NCBI GenBank assembly: GCA_002269645.1
Contig: NIVC01000801.1
Coordinates: forward strand, 59,484 to 123,483
Reading direction: 5' to 3'
DNA length: 64,000 bases
Source: Macrostomum lignano
Taxonomy: Eukaryota
In this document: in pieces, positions 1 to 11,431 of the stretch
Numbering within the stretch: position 1 is the first letter of the stretch
How the letters are laid out: every line of letters starts with the position of its first letter
Program-made: the position numbers and the translations under genes
Notes under the pieces: generated by a model
Told to the model about the DNA's origin: nothing
Databases searched by the model: none
The model's input: the letters and a program-made list of their open reading frames with translations, nothing else

Positions 1-533
1 GGACGTCGACTGGACGCCCACCATGGTCGGCGTGCTGCACTCCGTCTTCTACGTCGGCTTCCTGATCACCCAGGTGCCCGGCGGTTACCTAGCAACGAAA
101 CTGCCGACCAACCGGTGGGCCTGGCATGACATTCATTTGCTCACCTGCACCACTCGCTCGCGTCTTCGCTCAGCTGTTGCAAGCATGCATGGGCTTGTGC
201 GATGAGTCTGTCTAAGCCCTCCCCAAATCTCCATCTGCTTCTCCCTCTCCCTCTCCCTCTCCCTCTCCCTCTGCTTCTCACTCTCCCTCTCCCTCTCCCT
301 CTGCTTCTCCCTCTCTCCCTCTCCCTCCATCTCCCTCTCCCTCTCTCCCTCTCCCTCTCCCTCTCTCCCTCTACCTCTCCCTCTCTCTCCCTCTCCCTCC
401 CTCTCTCTCTCCCTCTCCCTCTCCCTTGCCCTGACAAAGAATTTACCTAATTCGAAATATCGGCAACTTAAATCAACTTGACTTGTTTGTCCTTTTTACA
501 TGTACCGCGTCCGTGCCTGAGATTTGAGGCGCC

Positions 534-581
<48 letters not shown>

Positions 582-3500
582 CTCCCTCCCTCTCCCTCTC
601 CCTCTCTCCCTCTACCTCTCCCTCTCCCTCTACCTCTCCCTCTCTCTCCCTCTCCCTCCCTCTCCCTCTCCCTCTCCCTCTCCCTCTCTCTCTCCCTCTC
701 TCTCTCCCTCTCCCTCTCAGTTTCCTACTCCCTCTCTTTCTTTCTCCCCCCTCTCTCTCCCTCTTCAACAGTCTCGTTCCCCTTGTCTCCCAATCCATCC
801 CTATATTGCACTCGTAAGCAGCAATAAGTCAAGAATGCTTCGCCATCTCCCTGAGCACAGATCGCCCTAAAGCAGACATGCGCAGTGCAAGGATTTGACG
901 TCGCCTATCGATTGGCAAATCCTTTAGAATCTGAGCTCCTATAACCCGTGAACTCGAAACTCAAGCCCAAGAGTAGGTTTATCGAGCGTCAGTACAGAGC
1001 TGTGTGTGCAGGTAGACTTGGCTTCAGTGGCTTTTCGAGCTCTTTAGGCGGGGGAAAGACGGACAGGTACGGACGGGGGCACTCACGGGAGCAGTCTCAA
1101 CTGATATGGGTGCCTAATCCGTTGAGACGGATCAAGCATTCGTGTACTTTTGTCAATCCCTGATCTCGGTAATCCGCCGTCCCCCCATCCGCGATAAACA
1201 GGATATTCGGGCTGTGTATCTGCCTGTCCTGCGCGCTGAACCTCCTGCTGCCCACCGCCATCGCCAATGTGGGCTTCATCTTCACCTGCTCTGTCAGGGT
1301 TGTGCAGGGACTGCTGGAGGTGAGGCTGCGGCTGTGTCAGCAAATGCGTCAGCGAATGTGTCAGCGAATGTGTCAGCGAATGTGTCAGCGAATGTGTCAG
1401 CGAATGCGTCAGCAAATGCGTCAGCGAATGTGTCAGCGAATGTGTCAGCGAATGTGTCAGCGAATGTGTCAGCGAATGCGTCAGCAAATGCGTCAGCGAA
1501 TGTGTCAGCGAATGTGTCAGCGAATGTGTCAGCGAATGTGTCAGCGAATGTGTCAGCGAATGTGTCAGCGAATGTGTCAGCGAATGTGTCAGCGAATGTG
1601 TCAGAGAATATGTCAAATATACGTCAGCAAAAAATATCAGTGGGCCAGCAAATGTCAGTGAATCCGTTAGTGGATGAGTAAGACAATGTGTCAGGCAATG
1701 TGTGAGCTAGCGTATCCGTGAATGTGTCAGTGAATCTATCAGGAAATGTGTCAGCTATTGTATCCGTAAATGTGTCAGTGAATCTATCAGGGAATGTGTC
1801 AGCTAGTGTATCCGTGAATGTATCAGTGAATCTATCAGGGAATGTGTCAGCTAGTGTATCCGTGAATGTGTCAGTGAATCTATCAGGGAATGTGTCAGCT
1901 AGCGTATCCGTGAATGTGTCAGTGAATCTATCAGGAAATGTGTCAGCTATTGTATCCGTAAATGTGTCAGTGAATCTATCAGGGAATGTGTCAGCTAGTG
2001 TATCCGTGAATGTATCAGTGAATCTATCAGGGAATGTGTCAGCTAGTGTATCCGTGAATGTGTCAGTGAATCTATCAGGGAATGTGTCAGCTAGTTCACC
2101 TACACAAACATGAACAACCTAAATGAACAACCTCGCAGGGAGCCGTGATCCCCACCATGTACAAAATCGTGAACGACTGGTCGCCGAGAATGCAGCGCAG
2201 CTCCTTCGCGTCGTTCTGCATCACCGGTGAGCACTGCAACGCTTTTGAATTGTAAAATCATCAATATTTTGATATTAGCAATATATAAGCACTCTTTGCT
2301 ACTGTCAGTAGGCGGAAACGCATCAGAGAATTCAGATGGATCCCAGGATCCCAAACTGATTCGAATCTGAAATAATGTGTAAAAAATGCACAAACGACCT
2401 GGGCTCGCGCACCCCGCAGGCATGTACGCCGGTGCCATCATCGGATTTCCCCTGGACGGCATGATCACCCACTACGCCAACTGGCAGTACATGTTCTACA
2501 TCCACGCCGTCTTCGGCTTCGTCTGGTTCTTCTTTTGGTTCCTGTTCGTCTACGAGCGTCCCGAGTTCGATCCCTCGGTAAAGGACGACGAGAAAAAGCT
2601 GATCATGGCGGGCAGAGACCAGGTGGTCGAGCTGGACAAGGTGCCTTGGAAAGCAATTTTTACCAGCTTGCCCGTGTGGGCGGTGATGGTGTGCCACTTC
2701 GTGCGCAGCTGGATGTTCTTCTTCCTACTGACAAATGAGCCCGCTTTTCTGAACATGTTCAACTTCTCCATTGTGGAGGTGCGTTTGCCTTTGCTGCAAT
2801 TTTATTAGTCTCCACTCTGCCAACCACCCACTCTGCCAACCACCCCACTCCGCCAGCCATTCGCCAACCACCCCACTCCGCCAACCACCCCACTCTGCCA
2901 ACCACCCCACTCCGCCAACCACCCCACTCTGCCAACCACCCCACTCCGCTAACCACCCCACTTCGCCAACCACCTCACTCCGCTAACCACCCCACTTCGC
3001 CAACCACCTCACTCCCCCAACCACCCCTCTCTGCCAACCACCACCTCCGCCAACCACGCCACTCCGCCAACCACCTGTCCACCTCACTCCGTTGTTAAAC
3101 TTTTGCACAAAACAGAACGGCATATTCTCGGCCACGCCGCACCTGCTGAAAGTTCTCTGCTGTATTCTGGGCGGCATAGTGGCCGACATTGTACTGCTAA
3201 AGTCGCCTTGCTCGCTCACGAATGTCAGAAAGATGTTCACCTGTTTCGGTAAGTCAGGAAATTCGATTGACAAAGGCTAACTTTTCTTTTTCTGTCAAAT
3301 CGTCACTGCTACCGATCCTGCAGGCTTCGGCATCGAGGCGATGTGCTGCTACGCGCTGTCCCGAGTGCAGCAGGGCTACGTCGCCATTGTGTTCCTCAAC
3401 CTGGGCGTTGGCTGCTCCGGTCTCACCGTGGCCGGCTGGCAGGTAAATCACCTGGACTTGGCGCCCCAGTTTGCGTCCGTTTTGGCCGGCATTTCGGCCA

Positions 3501-4286
3501 GCTTTGGCACCATTGGCGGCATTCTGTCGCCCATTGTTGTGGGCATCATTACGCATCCGCAGGTGAGTTGGCAACCTGGATGTTACTGTTATTAACTTGA
3601 AAGTGTGAGCAAGTGAATGCTTGCGTATCCATGTGCATTTAAGTCTGCGTGCTCAGGGCCATGACTGCTGGCCTCTCAAAAGCACTCCTGCAAACTAAAC
3701 TGTCACTCACTCTTCGGACATTCACTAACATTCGCTCATGAATAAATGTTAAGTTCATTGCGAAAATCACCATTTTAGACACTTTGGAACTGGCAAAAGT
3801 CGTTCATTCTCACTGGAACCGTGCTGGCCGCTGGAGTCATATTTTATTTCTTTCTGGGGTCTGGTAAGTACATTCTAGATGGCTGTTTGACCTAGTCAAT
3901 GTACTTTAATAGATCGATTCGATCTATAGCAAGTGTACAGCCATCCATCTGTTCTTAACCCAAGCCCAGCCAATCACAGATTAGAGCTTTCTCACCCGCT
4001 GACTAGCAAGTGTACAATAGAGTCATACTCCTAGCCTCCTAGCCCACTACTGACTAGCAAGTGTACATCACCAGAGTGTACATTAGCCCGCCCCACCCAC
4101 CCCCCGATCAAAGGCGAGCTTCAACCGTGGGCTGCTGCTAAAGTCGAGTCGGGCGAGGAGAAATCAAAGCCGCCAGACGTCAAAGAGGGCGATGAGTCGC
4201 AGCAGCTCAAGGGGGGACCGGCGGTGACAAATTACAGCAGCGTGGACCCGTCGCCGCCAGCCCAGCAGCAGGAGAGTGAGACTTGA
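1..4286 (+). CDS. SLC17-family MFS transporter, vesicular glutamate transporter-like; 5' end lies outside the window
   Basis: Exons <1-114, 1202-1319, 2139-2226, 2420-2778, 3116-3248, 3324-3562, 3779-3863, 4114-4286. All are GT-AG and phase-compatible, with stop TGA at 4284-4286. Motifs: [63 protein letters not shown]. Confidence 0.9.
238..765. repeat. CT-rich low-complexity/microsatellite tracts (intron)
   Basis: (CTCTCC)n and (CT)n tracts at ~238-425 and ~535-765. Confidence 0.9.
1334..1630. repeat. 12-bp minisatellite (TGTCAGCGAATG)n
   Basis: Directly visible tandem units starting just after the donor at 1320. Confidence 0.95.
1706..2094. repeat. 48-bp tandem repeat (about 8 units)
   Basis: Unit GTGAATGTGTCAGTGAATCTATCAGGGAATGTGTCAGCTAGTGTATCC. 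Confidence 0.95.
2812..3075. repeat. 17-bp minisatellite (CCAACCACCCCACTCCG)n
   Basis: Tandem units in the intron 2779-3115. Confidence 0.9.
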
Positions 4287-4911
4287 GAATTGATACGAGT
4301 AACAATCAATCAAAAACAGTCTCACAGGGTCATATAATCTGCGTATATTTTGTACTTGCATAAACCGGTACGAGTATTCGACGATGATGATGAAAGTTCC
4401 TTGTCAACATCAATAGAGCTGGACAGCATTAAATATTTTATTTTTCAAGATATTCTTTACACTGCATGCTGGTGAAATGGGAATCAGGGTTGCACCTTAT
4501 TTGACCCGTTAGAAAACTTCATCTAATCGTCATTCGGATGTCAAATTATTTTTTTCTTCGTCTATTTCTGCCGCTGGCATATCCATGCAACTTAAAAGTA
4601 CAAAACTTAAAAATTATTTAACTCTAGGTATTTTTCATTTGGAGATTAGTGCTTGTGCACTAATCTGTAGTTTTGCGTCGTGAGCTTTTGTGATAACATT
4701 GCTGCAGATTCGATATTCCTATTGCCTCTTTATTTGCCACTGTCCGATTGTTGCCAGTTAATTACCAATACATACTACTTACTGGCTTGACAAGACTGCT
4801 GCAGGCCTGGAGTCCTTTAATTGAAAATTTAATGTCTATGGCAGTCCTCCGGACCTCCTCTCCCTCAGGACCGTCGCAAACTCCCGTCAGTCCCCTACTA
4901 GCACCGTTGCA

Positions 4912-5125
4912 ACCCTCCCTCAGTCCCTCAGGACCGTCACTACCCTCCCTCACTCTCTCAGGACTGTCGCTACCCTCCCTCACTCTCTCAGGACCGTCGC
5001 TACCCTCCCTCACTCTCTCAGGACCGTCGCTACCCTCCCTCACTCTCTCAAGACTGTCGCTACCCTCCCTCAGTCTCTCAAGACTGTCGCTAACCTCCCG
5101 TCAGTCCCTGAGTACCGTCGCTACC
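4912..5125. repeat. 30-bp minisatellite
   Basis: Unit CTCTCAGGACCGTCGCTACCCTCCCTCACT. Confidence 0.85.
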
Positions 5126-6974
5126 CTCCTATCCCCTCTCTCAGTGCTGTCGCTCGCCTCTCAAGCGACAACTCCATACTAATAGTTGACAAAAACTCCA
5201 CCCAGCTCTTAAGCACTGGGGTCTTGGCGGGCGCTTTCTCCCAATCGATTTTCTGTCCCAAACGCAGCTACTCTGCCCCCTCTACTTCATCACCTGGCGG
5301 ACCGAGAGACAATGGAATGCGGCGACTATGCGAGAGGAATTTCTCAACTTCCTTTCAGAAATGAAGAGTTTCGGGAAATTATTTTTAGCAAAAATCTTTA
5401 AAGTCCTGCCCTACCAGAGTTAAAAAAGGAACTTTTTTCTCCCCTACCATCGGTCAGGCTGAGTTGTCAACGGCAACAGGGAATTTTTCTTGGCGACTGA
5501 AAAGCTGGGAGTTAAAGGTCTAGGACTGGACTCCGCTCTCAGCTTCCCAGATCCCAGATTTCTCAGCACGAGGCTATAATGCAGACTCAACGGGACCTCT
5601 TCCAGCAACTGTTGCCATCTTTGAGCATACAAGGTGCTCAGCTAACTCAAGCCGAGTCTGCAGCTGAGCAGGAGCTCAGTGTCAACGGAATTGCGCGCAG
5701 AAGTCGAGAAGCAACAACTATTGCGGGCAGCATTGGTGGTTGCCACAGTGACGGAGGAGGGTAACGCTATTAATATCTTTAGATTTTAGAGTCATAAATT
5801 GCATGAAAATCGGGATTGAGCCGTTTTTTTCTGAAATCAATCTCATATGCACGGGCAACTCATTTTCGGTATATAGGATTGTTGGGGAGGCAACAAAAAA
5901 GGAAATATATATTTTTCTGAATAAACGACTTTTATGAACGACTATAGCTCTGAAAGCCAGCCATCTTGCCTAGGATATCAGCACCCCTGTGAGCTTTGGC
6001 TCAAAGCATCTCTGAGTAGCTCATGAGGCACAGCATTTTAGCAAGTCCCCCATGAGCCTTGAAATCTCAGCAATTCCCCATGAGCACTGAGCCACAGCAT
6101 TTCAGCGACCCCCCTCATGAACCTTGACATTTCCCTCATAAGTCTTATGGTTAAACCGTGACCCAAATCCTAACCCGGCTGAGAGTCACAGCATTTCAGT
6201 AATTCCCCCATGAGCCTTGAGTCTTGACGTCCTAGCAATTCTTCTGTGAGACTTTTATGGCTGACAGGGCTAGCCATATCCATATGCGATCTCTTAACAC
6301 GATTTTTCTAGACAGCCATCAAAAGATAATTCAAGTAAAAACTCCATAAACTTGTGTTGAGGGTTAGGATCTACAATAATAATAATTAGTTTATTATTAT
6401 ATTATGTAAGCTCTTATATTCCTATAATGCAAACCAGAAAGGATAGGATTATCACTTATTACGAGTATAGCATAGTGCGAGTACGAGTATCAGTAATACG
6501 AAGCTAGATTAATCTGGGGGGGAATAGATCAAGTGTACACTTGCACAAATGTACACTGGCGCCACGGGGGCAGGGGTAGGACCAAAGAGGCGCGAATAAG
6601 GAAAGACAAGGAAAACAATGTACATTTAACTGTACAGCCAAGGCTATTTCTTTGCTTACTCACTCAACGTTTCTGTCCGCGCGCCGCCGCGTGACTCAAC
6701 CCCCCCTCACCCCCAAAAAGCCATTTCAACTATAGCAGCCTCCACCCCTCCACACTAGGCCCTTGCTTATCTATTTCACACTTCCTGACTCGCAGGTCAC
6801 GATTTGTTAAACAGTCTCAACTAGTTCAACTTTATTTATCACAAAACAACCACGATACACTTAAACGTTCAAAAGCGAGACTGTGAACGAAACTACAGAC
6901 AGACCTACGAGGCACGTTTCTAAATACTGGTTTAAATTAACCGAAGGCGGCAGCCGGAACCAGAGCCATCCACA

Positions 6975-9900
6975 ATGCGTCTTACTCGTCGAAAAGTACT
7001 ATTATCGCTTCTACTTCTAATCGGAGCTGCGCTGTTGTTTTTCTATTACGCATTTGCGCACAGCGGCTTAACAACGGAGCCGCGCCTGTCGGCCAGGGAT
7101 TTTCACAACTATCATGGCGAAGACCGCCAGCAGCATGGTGGACGGGGCCAACAGGAGGACGAGAGCTTCGAGTCAATTCGTCAGCAGCTGGACTTGCTGG
7201 AGCACGACAGCGGATTGAAGCAGCTGGCTGGCTTAGCCGCAGGACTGGCCACCGCCCCGGTGCCGACTCGCCGCCAGCCGCAGGTGGTGCACCGATTCGC
7301 TGACGGGGCAACCATCAGAGTGGCCGGCGAGTCCGCTGCGGCTGCATCGCTGAAGCTCGACTCCAACTCCAAGCTGGAAGACGCGGAGGAGGTCTGGGCT
7401 ACCGCGCTAGGAGGCGGCCCTTCCAGCCTGCTGACCGCCAGCTGCCACCCCTACAGGCGCTTCGGGCCGAAGGGCGACGGCGGCTGGTCCGTCTGTCTGG
7501 CCGGACCGTTCCGGCCGAGTCCCGGCCACTGCCTGTCCGTGTCGTTCGGCGTTGACAAGGTGTGGAGCTACGATGACCAGGTGAGCGGGAGTGTCGATAT
7601 GGATTTGTTGGACGATTTTTAAGCCCTCTTAGTGTCGTTTGAGGGTTGAGGCTCTCAAAATCGTTCGACGCCTCTCAAACTCATTCGGAACCTCTCAAAA
7701 TAATTAGGCGCCTCTCAAAATCATTCGGAACCTCTCAAACTCACTCGGAGCAGCCTCTCAAACTCATTCGGCGCCTCTCAAAATCATTTGAAACCTCTCA
7801 AAATCATTTGAAACCTCTCAAAATCATTTGAAACCTCTCAAAATCATTCTGATCCTCTCAAAATCATTAGGCGCCTTTTGAAATCATTTATTTAGCACAT
7901 TCGGCACCTCTGAAAAGAACTTTAGCACTTCTCAAAAACAGTTTCTTGAAAATGATTTTGACCCCTCTGAAAATGATTTCAACCCCTCTGAAAATGATTT
8001 CCCTCGCAGGTCGCCCAGCAGCTGCAGTGCCGCAGCCTGGCCTTCGACCCCAGCCTCACCCACCTGGGCAATCACACTCGAACTCTCAGCGGAGTGAAGT
8101 TCTACCGCATCGGTCTCTACTCCAAGCCCGGGCTCCTGCCCGGCACCAACTGGACTGTGGACACCCTCGAGCACCTGCTGGACACCCTAGCCGGCGGTCC
8201 AGACACCGTCGTGGACATCCTGAAGCTGGACATCGAAGGCGCGGAGTGGCCGGCGCTGACGGCCGCGCTGGACTCGAACTGCCTGCAGCGGCGGGTCCGC
8301 CAGCTGCTGGTGGAGCTGCACAGCAGGGAGTCCCGGCCGCGCCCCAACGAGGACAGCGAGGTGTACGACTACGCTGCCTACCTGAATGTGCTGGGCCGCC
8401 TGCGGCACTCCGGCTTCCAGCTGTGGCGAGTGGAGCCAAACTCAGCGGACGGCAGCTGGTTCTACAGCCGCGCTGGGCTGCGAAAGCGGCGCCTCTGCTG
8501 CTACAATGCCTACTTCATCAACACCAGATTCCTGCCCAGTGTCAACAGCAGCCAGGCTCTGATGGAGGACCAGCTGATGAGGGATTTGCACTCGGTGAGG
8601 CTGCGGCTGCCTCTGAAGCTGCTGCCGGATGCCAGACAGCTGGCCGCCGCCGCAGCCAAGTCGCCAGCGATCGCCGCCGAGCTGCTGTACTTCGACAGCT
8701 TGATGCCGGCGGTGCACGCCGACTGTCCCGACTGGAGGCGGCTGGGCCCGGCCACCGGGGACGGCGGCTACGACGTCTGCCTGACCCCGCCGTTCGGGCT
8801 CAGCAGGGACAGCTGCCTTGTGCTGTCCTTTGGCATCGGAGACCAGTTTGGCTTCGAAGATGCGCTGGCAGGTTGGTGGCGTCCTGATGGGCCTGACTCC
8901 TACTCACCCATCCCTGACCCTGTCATCCCATCCCTGTCTTCCCATCCCTGTCTTCCCATCCCTGTCTTCCCATCCCTGTCTTCCCATCCCTGTCTTCCCA
9001 TCCCTGTCTTCCCATCCCTGTCTTCCCATCCCTGTCTTCCCATCCCTGTCTTCCCATCCCTGTCTTCCCATCCTTGTTTTCCCATCCCTGTCTTCCCATC
9101 CCTGTCTTTCCATCCCTGTCTTCCCATCCCTGTTTTCCCATCCCTGTCTTCCCATCCCTGTCTTCCCATCCCTGTTTTCCCGTCCCCGCCTTCCCATCCT
9201 GTCTTCCCATTCCGCATCTTCCCATCCGTGTCTTCCCATCCCCGCCTTCACATTCCTGTCTTCCCATCCCTGTCTTCCCATCCCCGTCTTCCCATCCCCG
9301 TCTTCCCATCCCTGTCTTCCCATCCCTGTCTTCCCATTCCTGTCTTCCCACCCCTATCTTCCCATTCCCCATCTTCCCATTCCCCATCTTCTCATTCCCG
9401 CCTTCACATTCCTGTCTTCCATTCCTCCTGTATATCTTCCTGATGGGAAGGCAGTCAGGGATGGGATGGGAAGGCAGATCAGAGATGGGAAGGCAGATCA
9501 GAGATGGGAAGGCACATCAGAGATGGGAAGGCAGATTAGAGATGGGAAGGCACATCAGAGATGGGAAGGCAGATTAGAGATGGGAAGGCAGATCAGAGAT
9601 GGGAAGGCAGATCAGAGATGGGAAGGCACATCAGAGATGGGAAGTCACATCAGAGATGGGAAGGCACATCAGAGATGGGAAGGCACATCAGAGATGGGAA
9701 GGCAGATCAGAGATGGGAAGGCACATCAGAGATGGGAAGGCACATCAGAGATGGGAAGGCAGATCAGAGATGGGAAGGCAGATCAGGGATGGGAAGGTAG
9801 GTCAGGGATGGGAAGGCAGATCAGGGATGGGAAGGCAGATCAGAGATGGGAAGGCAGATCAGAGATGGGAAGGCAGATCAGAGATGGGAATGCAGATCAG

Positions 9901-10412
9901 ATTGTCTCGAACCCGCAGGCCGCGAGTTCGGCTGCCGAGTCCGCATGTTCGACCCGTCGCTCACGCAGCTGGGCGAGCACAAGCGCGGCCCGAGGCAGTG
10001 GCTGCACCTGGTGGGCCTCGGCGGCGAGGACTCCGTGCGCAAGGACACGGGCTGGGCGGTGAACAGCCTGCAGACCATTCTCAGCCGCTACGGTCACTCT
10101 GGCGACATTGTCGACTTGCTGAAGATCGACATCGAATTCGATGAATGGGAGGCCTTGGAGGCGGCTGCGAAGGACGGCTCGCTGAGCCGGGTCAGGCAGC
10201 TGATTCTGGAGACTCACACGATGGAGCTGCGAGACGAGAGCACGGGGGGCAGCGACTACCTGAGATTTGCTCGGGTGTGGCTCGGTCTCTACAGGCTGGG
10301 ATTTCGGCAGTGGCGCAGCAGGGAGAACGGCAGGACTCACTTTCTAGGGCCCAGCGGCCGGAGCAGGGCCTGTTGCCATGAGCACTCGCTCATTAACATC
10401 AACTTTATGTAG
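6975..10412 (+). CDS. Type II membrane protein with two tandem METTL24-like (Methyltransf_22/FkbM-like) domains, 653 aa
   Basis: Exons 6975-7580, 8010-8871, 9919-10412 total 1962 nt in one open frame. N-terminal signal anchor RRKVLLSLLLLIGAALLFFYYAFA. Each domain shows GDGGxxVC, SFG, FDPS, D(I/L)LK(L/I)DIE..EW, VRQL..E.H and a terminal CC. Confidence 0.85.
7650..8000. repeat. ~20-bp minisatellite (AAACCTCTCAAAATCATTTG)n
   Basis: Degenerate tandem units in intron 7581-8009. Confidence 0.8.
8905..9900. repeat. Two opposed minisatellite arrays: (TTCCCATCCCTGTC)n 8905-9420 and (GATGGGAAGGCAGATCAGA)n 9441-9900
   Basis: 14-bp and 19-bp units that share the core CTTCCCATC on opposite strands. Confidence 0.9.
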
Positions 10413-10526
10413 ACACCAGTTTGAGCATTTGCATATGACTGGCATTTCTGAGCCTTCATTTTGAGGAGTTATGAGGACCTTTGAATTTGAGATAAACGTT
10501 GAGTGAGGGTTTGGAATACAGATACT

Positions 10527-11115
10527 GGGGATTTGGGATTAAAAATGGGGATTTGGGATTAATAATGGGGATTTGGGATTAATAATGGGGATTTGGGATT
10601 AATAATGGGGATTTGGGATTAATAATGGGGATTTGGGATTAATAATGCGGATTTGGAATTAATAATATGGATTTGAGATTAATAATGGGGATTTGGGATT
10701 AATAATGGGGATTTGGGATTAATAATGGGGATTTGGGATTAATAATGGGGATTTGAGATTAATAATGGGGATTTGGGATTAATAATGGGGATTTGGGATT
10801 AATAATGGGGATTTGGGATTAATAATATGGATTTGAGATTAATAATGATTTGGGATTAATAATGCGGATTTGAGATTAATAATGATTTGAGATTAATAAT
10901 GGGCATTTGGGATTAATAATGAGGATTTGGGATAAATAATGGGAATTTGAGAATAATAATGCGGATTTGAGATTAATAATGGGGATTTGGGATTAATTTT
11001 GGGGGATTTTGGATTAATAATGAGGGTTTGGGATACAGAATGGGGATTTGAGTTAATAATGAGAAATTGAGAATAATAATGGGGATTTGGGATTAATAAT
11101 GCGGATTTGAGATTA
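10527..11115. repeat. 20-bp minisatellite (GGGGATTTGGGATTAATAAT)n
   Basis: Direct tandem units. Confidence 0.9.
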
Positions 11116-11431
11116 ACAAGGGGGTTGAAATATTTATCTGTAGACTAACCTTTAAGTAATGTATATTCTGCTTCCATTATCAGAAAAAATTTTATTAGTT
11201 TAATATGATTACCCTGTATTCCCAGTGATGAATAAAAGATGATTTTTCACTAACAATTTACACAATTGCACTTCCTTTTGCACCGATTTTGAAATAGCCT
11301 CTATTGACAATTGTTAATTATTTATACGCTGTTATTGTGAGTTTTTTAGCTTTTTAGTTTAATTTTTACTTGTTTTATCTTTAGCTCGCTACTAATTCAG
11401 TAGCGCACTGCGGATGTTTTCACTCTAGCAG

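Noticed and set aside
5444-5632. - strand peptide RWQQLLEE..L.Y resembling the gypsy RNase H C-terminal motif
   Set aside because: Similarity is too short and no flanking RT or IN remnants are visible
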